DNA of 64,000 nucleotides. Source: Octopus sinensis. Taxonomy: Eukaryota. Below the pieces are notes generated by a model that did no database searches, had not been told where the DNA came from, and saw only the letters and a program-made list of their open reading frames with translations. Shown one piece after another: positions 39,607 through 52,720 of the stretch. The stretch covers positions 15,872,001-15,936,000 of the forward strand of contig NC_043017.1 in NCBI RefSeq assembly GCF_006345805.1. Reading direction: 5' to 3'. Numbering within the stretch: position 1 is the stretch's first letter; every line of letters begins with the position of its first letter. The translations under genes and the position numbers were made by a program.

Positions 39607-41536
39607 TAAACATACTCATCATATATATAAACACACACATACTCACATGTGGGTGTCTTTTAAGTTTAGAGATGCAAAGCTCCAAACTAAAGCCACCCCT
39701 CCCATCCACCCTGTTGGTGCCAGACAATCTATTTATTTCCCCATTAAACAACAACCTCCATTTAATCATTAACCTGCTTCTTTTTTTGTTTATTTCTTTC
39801 TATTTTTAACTATTTTTTTTGTTTTTTTTTTTGTTTTTTAACTTTCTCCAGATTTTTGTTGAGTTTTGGTTTCCAAGAATAAATTGGACGAAAATAAAAC
39901 AACAAAAAGGTGAAAATAATTAGCATTGAAAATTAAGCAAAATAATAAAGACTATCCTTTCCAAAGAAGCCCACCACCCACAAAAACAATGAATTATTTA
40001 TTGACACACCCAGTTAGTGGCCTATATTTGTTACCCCACAACCCTGGAAGGGGGACACTCTGATACCCTGCTTCCCTTTCTGTCTCTCCTCTTCCTCTCT
40101 CTCTCTCTCTCTCACTCATAGCCCTCTCTCCTTCTTTCTCTATATATCCCTCTCTCTACTTCTCGTTCTCTCTCCCCCTCTCTCATCCATCTCCCCCCCC
40201 CTTTAATGCCCCCCCCCCGTCCACTCCAAAATATCGATTAACATTCTAATTACAAATATAACTCATTAAACTGTTTCCTTTCTACACACAACTAGTGGTT
40301 ACTGTTAATCTAACTGACTGAAGATCAAAGCTGCTCCATCCTTGACCACCCTATCTTATTCCAACAGTGTGTCCAGTACAGCATTACCCAATGTGTGCTT
40401 AACATTTTTCTTAGATAGTACAGTGATATTTGAGAGAACTTTGGCTGCTATTTTTAACAGGTCAAGGAATAAGTGTTGTTGGTGGTGGTTTGAGGTAAAG
40501 GTGTATGGCTGTTTGTGTTGTTATTGTTTAGCCTAAGGTCAGTACTAATCCTCCACACTTACAATTAAAGACATTCCAGCTGTGACCAACCTGTCTTTTT
40601 TCCCATTAACAGAGAATCCTCTTTGTAGGAAAAATGGGGCCCTTTCTAAGATGTTGCGTTGATTTGAAGGTGATTTGGCTGTTATTTCTAGCACACCATG
40701 GGTCAACAGGCCATGTAGAGGCTTTTCCAAGAAGAGGTGGTAGTATGTAGTGGTGTGTTCCTCAACACTACCACCTAAACCATCACTGCACCACCACTAC
40801 CATTACTACCACCTCGACTTTCTAGAAATAGCAGCCAAATCTCCCTCAGATATATCCACGCTACACCATTCCAATTGTATTTTGGCAGTAATGTGGTTCT
40901 GAGTCCCCTGTACATAGGAAAATGAAGGGATGGTCGTGGATGGATCCTCATCTGCTTGATGAGGGTTGACTTGGGGTTATACTGCAACAACCATCTTTAA
41001 ACCATCAACACCACCTCACCACCACCACCACCACCATCTTCACCAAATTATGACTCACACCTTATATTTTGCCTCCTGGATAACTGCTCCGTCAGCAAAC
41101 TTGTCTGTGAAACAGGTGGGGGGGGGGATGTTGGTGACAGTTTTTACTGAATGTGATGGTCATGTAGCCATTGATGATGATGATGATGATGATGATGGTG
41201 AGGTAGACACTTTAGTCAAAACATCTGTGTACGCCTACATTCGCACAAAACTTTCTGGCACCCTCATAACAACTCTCACACACTTCATACGATTCAAAGA
41301 AACAAACCCACTTCTACGGCACACACACACACGCACACACACACACACACACACCACACACACACACACACACGGTTTTATATAGTCTGTTTCTCCCATG
41401 TTCTCTCTATGTTGTGCACCTACAACAACAACAACAGCAGCAATGGTCTCTAATCTAGGCACAAGGGGAGTAATTTAGATGGGAGAGGATTAATTGATAC
41501 CATTGGCTCACCACTTTTAATAATAATAATAATAAT

Positions 41537-41762
41537 AATAATGATAACCCTTTCTACCATAGGCACAAGGCCTGAAATTTTTGGGGAGGGGACAAGTTGA
41601 TTACACCAACTTACTACACAGCTGGTACTTAATTTATTGACCCCGAAAGGATGAAAGGCAAAGTCGACCTTGGTGGAATTTGAACTCAGAACGTAGTGAT
41701 GGATGAAATGCAGCTAAGTATTTCACCCAGTGTGCTAATGACTCTGCAAGCTCACTGCCTTA
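41537..41762 (-). mobile_element. SINE family B
   Basis: Same motifs reversed. Confidence 0.8.
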
Positions 41763-42467
41763 ATAACAACAACAACAACAACAACAACAATAATAATTGT
41801 TTAAAGTTTCACTGATACTGGCTTCCTAAGTATTGGCAAAGCTTTGAAGCCACTGTCAGATTAGGTAAATTAAACAGGTTTCCAAAGATTTTTAATGGTT
41901 TTGAATTTTCATTGAGATGTAAAACTGCTGCAGAATCAGTGGCTGTGGAATATTGAGAATGTCTTTGAGTGGGTTTGAAACTGAAACAGAAAATTTGCTT
42001 CTTGTAGTTTTTGGCAGCCAGGAAAATGGTTGAAATTGCTGTCAGCTGAGAGTGGAAATAATTTATGCCAAATCTTTTATTATATGTCACATATAAACCC
42101 ACAATTGCGTTGTAATCTAAGCCTATTCTCATTAACATTCCTCATTAAATCAGCTGAGAATGCCAATTTTAATAATAATAATAATGATAATAATTCACCC
42201 TTTCCAAGTTGAGGCAGAACACAGTTTTTCTCATTGGAAACAAATAAAGCCACACCTCATCCAAAGTTATGAAATTGTAAAATAACTTTGCCCCAATGGC
42301 GCCTTCTTACAGCAGAGTGTTATGAACAAATTGCACCATTCCTCCAGTATTCTTCCCCCGAAATATTTTTAAAAACTGGTGATAACTGAATGCAATGATT
42401 GAACAAGATCCACTGTTGGTAGATTGGTGGAATCAGCTTTGATTGGTCTCAATTTGGTGGCACACTG

Positions 42468-42670
42468 GCCGAATCCTTAGTGGACCAGGCAAAATGTTTA
42501 GTAGCATTTTATCGATCTTTACATTCTGAGTTCAAATTCTGCCCAGGTTAATTTTATTTTTTTATCTTTTTGAGGTCGATAAAATAAGTTCCAGTTTAAA
42601 ACTGTGGTTGATGGAATTGATTCTCCACCCTCTGTGAAATTGCTGGCCTTGAGCCAAAATTTGAAACTGG
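42468..42670 (+). mobile_element. SINE family B
   Basis: TTCTGAGTTCAAATTCTGCC...GAGGTCGATAAAATAAG. Confidence 0.7.
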
Positions 42671-43989
42671 TATTTCCTGAAAAACGTCATCTTTAGAATG
42701 AGGCCATGGAACTCAGTCAGGTTTATACATCCTCTGCCATCACAAGCTTTATACACCCTTTGCAGTAAGAATCCTTGCATGTCTTTTGCCATCCCAAGTT
42801 TTATACATCTGGCTGTGTTCCAGCATGGCCACAGCCTCATGGCTGAAACGTGTGGAAGACTAAAAGGATAAAACCATTTCCTATGCCACATTTTTTGTTG
42901 CATCAACTGTAATACATTGTAGACATTTCCCGTCCCGAATGAAACCAATTATTTGTTCACTCATAGTTTACCATTTCCCTGTGACCAGACATGTTTTCTT
43001 GGAAAGCCGGGAACAAATAACAGCATTTGTTTGATAGTGATGCTCGTTTACAATTGTGCAGTGTCAAATCAAGAACACATACACTGACACACACACACAT
43101 GCACACACACAGACACACACACACATGCACACACACACACTCTCCTCCCATGGTGTTGAAAATAACAAGACATTCTTAAGTTTGATTCGGTTACATGTTA
43201 TGTTTTTTTTAACCTTTTTTGTTTCCAATATTATAAAAGAAGCCGTAAGAACCGATGAGTGAAAGCGTTCGGTGAAAGAGAGATTTTCTTGACTTTGGCC
43301 AAATGGCTGTTGAAGCCAAAGTCTCTCATTGCTCCTTATAAGGGCGGTAAGAAACTAGAAATGTCAGCTGTTGTCATGGGTGAATCACTACACATTTTCT
43401 GACATAAATTCAAAACTACAATGCAACATGAGGTTAAGGGTTAAACTATTTTTAGTTTGGATAAAATGGTGATATGAACATGACACTGTCTTGCTCACCT
43501 GCTTTCTTGAATGGGCATTTTCTGTCACTCCCTTCTCTCTTAGAAATTGAGATACATTTAAACTATATTATGGTGGCATATGAAGGGCAGTTAAGTTTTT
43601 GTTGTTTTGTTCATGTCGGAAGGTGAAGACATTTGCTGTTTAAAATATCACATTTAGAGAAACTTTGAATTTTTACCAAGAGAAGGCGTCCCGCTTTTGT
43701 TTGTATTCATATAAAACTGTGATCTGTTTGATGTCGCAGCAGAGAACAGCAGAAACAAGTGTTTTTGTATGCAGCATCAGCCATTGCTATTGGTGTAAGG
43801 GTGGCTGTGTGGTCGAGACATTTACTTCCCATCCACATGGCTTCCGGTTCAGTCCTAGTTTGTTGCACCTGGAGCAAGTATCTTCTATGATAACTATGGT
43901 TCTCAACTGGGGCCCATGTGACTCAACCTCTCTGGAGCTGCTAGATTTGATACGGATATAAACAAATTGGTTGTTTTTCTGGGATTGAT

Positions 43990-44045
43990 GTAGACACCTG
44001 ATGAGACTCCAAAAAGGGTCAAAAATCGATTAAAAATTGGTGTTT
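43990..44045 (+). other. Degenerate minimal type I hammerhead relic
   Basis: AGACAC-CTGATGA-GACTC(caaaaa)GGGTC-AAAA (GAAA mutated)-AT...ATT-G-GTGTTT. Stems I and II pair, but G12 and H17 are non-consensus. Confidence 0.5.
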
Positions 44046-44124
44046 TTCAGTCTACAGAGAAAAAGGTAAAAATTGACATATTCATATATATACAACATAG
44101 GTTTACATACATACATACACAGAC

Positions 44125-44740
44125 AATACTATCCAAAGGCATATACATCAAAGGCATGTCAGAACCAGCAGGTATTCACACCTTTAAAAACAAGGAATAT
44201 TGATAGAACGACCCAATAAAATCATCAATTTGTTGCAAACATAACAGACCAGATATTGTTCTGTGGGTCAGAGGAAGAAAAGTCCTGCACTGTTGTAGAG
44301 GTCAGCTGCCCAGCAAATGTGAATGGAGGACAATGAAAAGTCCAGGAGAACATTTGTTGTGAATTAATGCAGAACTTGTACCCTGACTGTGAATTCCCAT
44401 TTGTAGCTATCATTATGGGTGTATTAGGTTATTTACCGACAAATTTACACAAAAACCTAGAAATACTCAGTTTCACGGAGAAAGAAACTGATGCCAAGCC
44501 CCCGAATCCAATTTGTTTGTGGCACAGTGAAGATCTGTAAAACATTCTAGAAATTCTCCATATGAGATTCTTATGTCAATAGATGTATATACACTTCGGT
44601 GTATATACATCGACAGTTCAACCAACACACCAACAGATTCACAGACATCGGGAACTCTCTTAACTCGAAAAAGTTTTGTTGCTTTGTTAGCAACCGGTTT
44701 GAACTCTCTTAAGGACTTCGACTAGGCTCAAAGAAAAATC
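44125..44740 (+). mobile_element. 5'-truncated R4/Dong-type LINE (restriction-like endonuclease C-terminus + 3' UTR)
   Basis: KEY**NDPIKSSICCKHNRPDIVLW (HNRPD at 44240), then EEKSCTVVEVSCPANVN, LYPDCEFPFVAIIMGVLGYLP and GTVKICKTF* (44521-44550). This is the PD-(D/E)xK RLE signature of R4/Dong elements. (TACA)n lies on both sides. Confidence 0.8.
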
Positions 44741-46861
44741 ATACATACATACAAACAAACAAACACATACTACATACAAACACATACATATATACATACA
44801 TACATATACATGCATACAAACACATACATTCATTCGTTTGTTCATGTTTGTTTTTATGTTAAGTTATAAAAGAATCCCTTTTACATTAAACTGAAGGGTT
44901 AGTCCGTACTCTTTCTGCAGAGTACAGATTTATTACTCCTTAGCAAGAATAGTGTTGATAGTGATTGTGAAGTTTCAACCAGCTGAAGCCATTGTTACAA
45001 AATGAGCTTCTGTAGTTTCCATGAAGCAGATTCCTCTAACAAGGTGCCACTAATGCAAAGCTTCAAATGGAAGACACGCACCCATGGTGCCTTGCTGTGA
45101 GATTGAGCCTAAACCCTTCTGCTTTTGAAATTAACTTATTTACCAAATAAATGTGTTTTTTTACACATGACCTTTAAAATGTTCTACTTTTTTCCCCCTG
45201 GAATCTCAACACAGACACAAATACAAATGTCAAACAGGTTATTTGATACAGCAGATCTATGATCAAAAAGGTTCCAATCATGACCACCACATCTTTTATT
45301 CACACATAGTGTATCTAGGACTATATCACTTAACCCTTTCGTTACTGTCTTTCCTCATTGTTGCCTTTTAGCCCCAGGTCAGTCCTGATCCAGCAGATTT
45401 CTGTTCAAAGCAGTTCCAGTTATGACCACCCCATCTATTTTTTTATTCAGACATAGTGTATCTAAGACTACATTATTCAACATCTTTGCTGGTTGTTGTT
45501 TAGTCCACCACACGATGACCTTGGTCTATGATCAAAGATATTCCACCTGTGGCCATCCCTTCTTTTTATTTGGACACAGTACATCTCAGAGTACATGATT
45601 TAATGTGTCTCTCTTTGTTGTTGTTGCTGTTCTTTGACCCCCCCCCCATCATTTCAGATTCAAAGATGTCCCCACCACATCTACCCCACCACCACCACCA
45701 CCTCTAGATGCACACTCCTACATCACCCCCCCATCAGATACACATGCACACCCCCTCCATCACCACCAGATATGCACTCCGTCACCACAACTCTGCACCA
45801 CCACCACCACTACTAACCCCCCTCCCGGTCTTATTAGTTACATTAAGTGGAGTGTAGTTAGTGGTTGAGGTGGGGATGGGGGGATGGCATGTTATTCCCC
45901 CCTCCACATTCTCCTCATCCTCTTCCCCCCCATCCCCATGCACAACATGTAAGCAGGGATGGAGGGGAGGGGAGGGTAGAGGGAACCCCCTCCATCCCTT
46001 GTTAACCCCCTCCTTTCCTCAGCCCCCTCCCCCCACCTTGCTCTGCAGATTATCAGGGATCATCACCATTGATAGCTGCTCCCTGTTTCAACTTAACGAA
46101 TCTCATTAGAATTGTTGAAGCTTGATTCAATTTCCTTGTTTTTGTTGTTGTTGTTAAATGTGGTGGCGGTGGTGGCGGTGGTGGAAGGGTGACGGTGGTG
46201 ATGGTAAGAGTTGTGGTGAAGGTGGTTGCATTGGTGGGCGGTGAAGGTGGTGGTGGTGGCGTTCCAGAAAACGGAAGTGAATGAGAAAGCAATTATGTTA
46301 AAGAAAGCAGTCAGAGAGAGAGAGAGAGAGACGAAGAAAATTCAGGATGATTAACAATAATAATAATAATAATGATGATGATGATAATGATGATGGTGAT
46401 GTTGGTGATGATGATGTTATGATGATACTGATGATAATAGTGATTGTTTCATAATACACCGCATAGACAACATTGAAATATCAATACAATATGATGTGTG
46501 TGTGTATGTATGTATGTATGTGTGTGTGTGTGTGTGTGTATTTATATAATGTGTGTGTGTAGAAGATTGTGATCTGGTAATCTTGTTAGTCCACAATTAT
46601 GAAAGTACTTGACTTTGAATACAATAGATTTTATAAATGAGTTTCTAGGAATAAATCCATCTATTTATACACACACACACACACACACACATTGTTGTAG
46701 TTCCTCAATACTTTGTACATCCTTGGGTTCTACATGTATTGTTGTTGCTGTTGTTGTTGTCATTTTGTTGCCTTCGTCCAGATTGCGTCATTTCAAAACG
46801 GTTCTGAAGTCAATGAAGACAGAACATGAAGCTACTTGATGCTCTTCTTCAGTTCCAGTCT

Positions 46862-47068
46862 GTCTCATACAAAGTTCCTGGCTTTAAGGATATCGTCAAA
46901 AGCTTGGTTGGAGGCCCAACCTTCTGAGTTCTTTTACAAGGCTTATAAAAACTGAAGGACCGCTGCAATGTGTGAATCTGAGAGGAGAATATGCTGAATA
47001 AAATCCTAACAGATCCTCCTCCTGTGTTATCTTTTACCCAAAGCCAGGATCTTTTCAGCCCCTTTCAT
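46862..47068 (+). mobile_element. Non-autonomous mariner deletion derivative
   Basis: WLEAQPSEFFYK..KLKDRC.CVNLRGEYAE* matches a mariner transposase C-terminus. Inverted ends AAAGTTCCTGGCTTT (46871) / AAAGCCAGGATCTTT (47040). Confidence 0.75.
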
Positions 47069-48016
47069 TTATACATCCACTTCTGTACCACTTCTCTTAA
47101 ATTCATTTCTCAGTAACTTGAGAATATACCTTGATACATCTTCTCTCGCTTTTCCCATCTGGGGTAGCCATGGATCTCCTCTACAAGACACCTGTTTCTG
47201 TGCCACTGTCACACTTTATCTTCTCATCACCCGGCACAAAGCCACCTTCCGCAATACCACTCTCCATTGCTTTTAAGAGGTCTTGCATTGCGAATTACTT
47301 GGTGACTTTAGTCGAGTTGGTGCCATGGTAAAAGTACCCAGTCCACTCTGTAAAGTGGTTAGTGTTAGGAAGGACATCTAGTGGTTGAAACCATGCCAAA
47401 GCAGAGAGTAAGGCTTGGCAGAGCCCTCTAGCTTGTTGGTTCCCATCACACCTTCCAAGCAGTGTGTGAGTGTGAAGTCTGACTATAAAAATGGTATGAA
47501 CTATGTCTGTAACTGGTCTAAAACAAAATATTTGTTTCTCTTCCGTTGTTTGGTTTAATCTTCATTGTATGAAGAAGGGTTCCATAGGACCCTTTCCTCG
47601 ATATTTACAAGAGGAGGACTGTGTTGGAGTTTGTGGGGTTTTACCTGTCACTCTTTTTATAAAGAAATACAGGGGTCACACACACACACAATTCATGTAA
47701 TAAAATGTGTGGCATCAATGTTTCAGTATTTCATCTGAATGTCAGATGCTGGACCGATACTGGTTCTTTGTTTCTTCTTTTATTCCATACAAATGATTAT
47801 CAAAGACACACGGACAGACACTGCATGCTTGGGCATACATACATACATACGTACAGTTCCTCAGCAGCAGAGAAAAAGCACACACACAAAACAAAAAAAA
47901 ATACATAAATATTTATTTACTTTTTGTTAACCTATAATGTTGTCTGCTTCCTGGAGTTCAAATGATTTTTTTTCTTTTAATTCTTGCAGCATCCATTTAT
48001 CTAATCTGCATACGGG

Positions 48017-48059
<43 letters not shown>

Positions 48060-48448
48060 AGCTGTTTATCTAATATCCGTCTGTCAGTCTCTACCTATTT
48101 TAATCCGTCTTTGCTCTCTTTCTATATTTAGTTGATCTCTCTTTATTACTATGTGACTGTCTGGCTACTCAGGGATGTATTTTTGTCTGCGCAGGCATAT
48201 ATGCACATGCATATGCACTTATGCCTATCTGCACCCTTTCATAACACACACACACACACACGCACCCTCGACACACACACACACTTAATATGCAGTTTGA
48301 AAATACAATTTGTAAGCTGGACGTTATTGTTGAGAAGCTACACATGGTGAGTCAAAGGCTGAGAATTTCCCAACTGCTCTGGCTTGAAAGTCTTGGCCCT
48401 TGAGCCAGTTATGCAACTTTGCATCAAACGTGTGTGTATGCATGCATG

Positions 48449-48483
<35 letters not shown>

Positions 48484-49379
48484 TGTTTTTATGTGAAGTT
48501 ATATGAACCTAGAGTAGAGAGAGAGTGTGCCATTGATGAGCTTGAGAAAGGTGACGAAAGGACTTTGATAAACCTGGGTGATTGACTTGATTGATGGACT
48601 CAATGATTAATCAAACAATTGATGAGTTAATTGGGTAAATGATTAACCAGTTGACTTATAATAATGATAAAGAAGTGAAATAGTACCAGTGTGTGTGTTT
48701 ATTGGTATAATGACCCTCCTGGGATATGAAAAATACATCAAAAGAATTTAACAGTAAACTGAAATATTACTCCATACTTTTTAGATGCATATTTATTAAA
48801 CTTTTATAAGGAAAAGGTTGATAGTGACTTCGAAGTTTCAGTGTAGCTCATCTTCATCAAATGTGTGTGGGTGTGGAGAGAGAGAGGTGGGGGGGGGAGT
48901 ATTTTTATGTATTATTTGATTTCTTTAATACAAAAGAATATAAGCGTAATGCGAATAATAGAAATTTTATTGAATTATTGAGTGGGATTAAAAGATTAAA
49001 GGATTAAAGCATTCATACAAAAATTGTTTATCAATGAAACAATTAATTTAGTGTTCACAGCTGACTGATGCCTCTGTCCCCTCCCCTGCAATTTCTAATT
49101 GTTCCTCTTCCTATTGAGCTCCTAATTATTGCCATAGACGACTCTTTCAGAATCTTTTAGACTCCATTGTTATCCTGCTGGAGTTAATGGCAGCCAAACC
49201 GTCCTCCGACACTCAAACACTCAGTGTCACTACCTTGCTGATGTCGGGGGTGGGGGTGACTGTTACAAAGTGTGGGAGGGATATATATGGCTATCAGCTG
49301 ACTCACCACTTCCTTTTGTATGGAATTCTGGGTCATCTTCCTCTTTCTGCTGCTGGCTGCAGTAAAAGAAATCAAGATA

Positions 49380-49700
49380 TGCATTGAAAAGATGTGAGGA
49401 CAGAACTGTTCCACTCAGACCAAGCCCTCTGCTCACCCTCAATTTCTTTAAGTACCACTTACAGAGGAAGGTTTGGGTAGAGAAGGAGGTGCTGCCATCT
49501 ACTAAACTTTATAGTTTCAGTGGGTGTGGTTCAATGACCAACTCTGTTGGCTGCTGTCAACAACTGGTTGAAGCTAGTTACTGCCTTGTCCATATATATA
49601 ATCCAAGATTTTGTATGGAGTTGTTCCCTAATTTGGCCCCTCTTTCTTCATACTTTCTCTTTATTTTTATTATTGTTATGATTTTGTCTTATTTCCATAG
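49380..49700 (+). mobile_element. Tx1/L1-like LINE 3' fragment (same family as 21565-22000)
   Basis: LNFFKYHLQRKVWVEKEVL is homologous to the 21945-21995 motif. Confidence 0.6.
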
Positions 49701-51269
49701 ATACTGTACGCTCCATCATGTAGTGGTCACTTGTCATGGACACAGGGTGACTGTGTGGACCCATGTAGACATTGTGCATTCTAACAGGTAGTGGTCACTT
49801 GTCTGGGGTACCATGTAACAGCCTGTTGCTCGCACCACTGTCCAGTGTAGTCCTGTATACTTCTGCTTGTCGTTGGTTGTGGTGGTGTTTAGCCCCAGGC
49901 CAATCAAAAGTGTTCCATTCATGACCATCCCATATTGTCGTCATGTATCCATGACAACAGTTTTCTTCTACTTTTTCTGTTTACATTGAAACAATATGAT
50001 TTGAGAAGTGAGTTGGTGGGGTTTGGTGGTGGTGATGGTTGCAGTAGAGGTGGGCAGAGATGGATTTGGTCAGGATGTGACAACTGGATGAATATAGAAC
50101 ATAGCATAATCATGTGCTGTGAAGAATATTGTGTTACAAAGAACTGAACGGTGATTCCATCAGATTTTAATTATGAAAACTGACAAAGTCTTCTTAGAAT
50201 TTAACTCCAATGATCTCTCCGCTATTCTCGGTACACATCACCACCCTTTTGTCTCTGCAACACCAGGTACACACCATATATGGGTAAACCATAAAAGAGT
50301 TGGTGTTTTTGCTGATTTCTTTTGTTTTTCTTTTCTTTTCTTTTTTGATATTTGGAGATGAAAGCTTTGCGAGTGAGAGGTGTCAACTGTTTCAGCAATG
50401 GTGGTGTGTGGGCACCCATATACTCATATAAACACAAACACACACACACACACACGGATATGCATACACACGTGTGTGTGTGTGTGTGAGTGAGTGTGAG
50501 GAGTCCCACAATGAGATAACATAGAAATACTAATTTAATGCTAAAAGCTGGCATTACTTATGGGACACATCATCTATCTATCTAAAGAAACTATATAACA
50601 TTGTGTGTGTGTGTGTGTGAGTGTGTGTGTGTGTGTGTGTGAGTGTGTGTGTGTGTGTGAGTGTGTGTGTGTGTGAGTGTGTGTGTGTGTGTGTGAGTGT
50701 GAGTGTGTGAGTGTGTGTGTTGCGAGAGAGAAATGTGTATAAGTATGTCTACTGACAAATAGTTATGTTGCTTTGTGATACATCAGGGATTTGAGAGGCA
50801 AAAATTAGTTTATTTAGGATGAAAGGGGTGTTGGGTGGGAGATAACATAGAAAGGGGTGTTGGGTAGGGTGCTGGAGGATGAGATTGTTTCTCTGAGTTC
50901 TACAGCACTTTTATGGAAGTTTACATACATGCATACATTACATATATTTATATATACACACACACGTGTGTATATATATATATATATATAGGGTAAAGTG
51001 ATCCCTTTCGTGTTGTACAGTCTCCTAAATCTGGTTGTCTCCTTTCTGTGGCATCTATATTCCACCGCTCCTGGATGGGACACCGGGCCCTCACAGGATT
51101 ACTCACTTTTGGCAGCTGAGTGGATTGGAGCAATGTGAAATGAAGTGTTTCCTTCAAGAACACAATGCATCACCCAACCCAGGAATCGAAACAACAACAT
51201 TCCTACAATCATGAGTCCAACACCCCTAACCACTCACCCACATACCCCCACCATTTAAATCTCTAATCG

Positions 51270-51302
<33 letters not shown>

Positions 51303-51306
51303 AATG

Positions 51307-51342
<36 letters not shown>

Positions 51343-51359
51343 TGTGTGTGTGTGTGTGG

Positions 51360-51640
51360 CTGATGCCAGTACCCCCTGACTGGCTCCCGTGCTGGTGGCA
51401 CTTAAAAAGCGCTATCCGAACAGGATTGATACCAGGCCCGCTTGACTGGCTCCTCTGCCAGTGGCACGTAAAAAGCACCCACTACACCCTCGGAGTGGTT
51501 GGCATTAGGAAGGGCATCCAGCCATAGAAACTCTGCCAGATCAGATTGGAGCCTGGTGCAGCCATCTGGCTCTCCAGACTTCAGTCAAGCTGTCCAACCC
51601 ATGCCAGCATAGAAAACAGACGTTAAACGATGATGATGAT
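51360..51640 (+). mobile_element. Family D RTE 3' end
   Basis: GTGGCACGTAAAAAGCACCCACTACAC...GACGTTAAAC(GAT)n, with an internal duplicated 5' segment. Confidence 0.75.
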
Positions 51641-52175
51641 CATCATCATCAACATTATGCATACATGTATGCACGTAAGTATGATGCACATGTGCACCAC
51701 AGTAAATGCACTCTACTGAGAGAGGAAGAGAGAGGGAGAGGGAGGGTGACAGTGAAGCAGTAATTTAATAGTGTAACAGTGCCATTTGGCAATCTTTGAA
51801 TTTATGCCAATAAATCAATAGACTCTATAACTTGTATTGAGCACTTGTTACCAATTCTGTTAACACACACACATGTGTATATGTATGTATACACACACAC
51901 GTTTGTGTGTGATGATTGCTATCATCTTGTCAGATGATAGCCATCTCCATTATTCATTGCTCAGCCAAAACATACAAGATGCCCTGATTACATCATTGGA
52001 TTATTGTGACAAACGACTTATATGTCTCACACACACACACCACCCTGCAAACATCCCTATTAAATATCCAGTGAGAAACAAGAACACGAAGACCAGAACC
52101 TATTTCAACTGGGGTTGTTGTTTTCCTTTTATCAAAAGGGACTTCTAGATTTTTTTCCACTGAAAGAGTACCTTA

Positions 52176-52207
<32 letters not shown>

Positions 52208-52446
52208 TTATGCATTCACATATCTGCATTACACACACATACGTATCAAAGACTTATGTCTATGTATATATGTCTCATTCTATCTATACACACACACACA
52301 CACACGCATGCGTGCGCATATATGATTATGAAATACTTAGCTGTAGTCTCTCTAATATTTCTGCTTATACAGATATTTATCTGTTGTTGGAGTAATTTGA
52401 AACACACAGGCTTATATATATATATGTATATGTATGTATATATATA

Positions 52447-52487
<41 letters not shown>

Positions 52488-52490
52488 ACA

Positions 52491-52525
<35 letters not shown>

Positions 52526-52569
52526 CAAGCCTGATGCTTCTTTCATCTGTTCCCCTGTGGTAAACGCTC

Positions 52570-52720
52570 TGTCCTTGTTGTTTACTAACCCAACTTCCCT
52601 TAGCTCTTCCACCCCCGCTCCTTCCAGCTACCATTTCTATGACTAAGCAATCCCTGGTGGGGCGTTACCTCTCTTCATTCTGCTCTTTGAATTCCTCTTT
52701 CCTCTCAGCAGCAGCATCCA
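52570..52720 (-). mobile_element. Possible RTE ORF C-terminal relic
   Basis: EMVAGRSGGGRAKGSWVS resembles IEGKRGRGRP..SW. Confidence 0.35.

Noticed and set aside
43240-43305. CCGATGA...GTGAAAG as a hammerhead
   Set aside because: Core mismatch, no stem II and an incompatible stem III.
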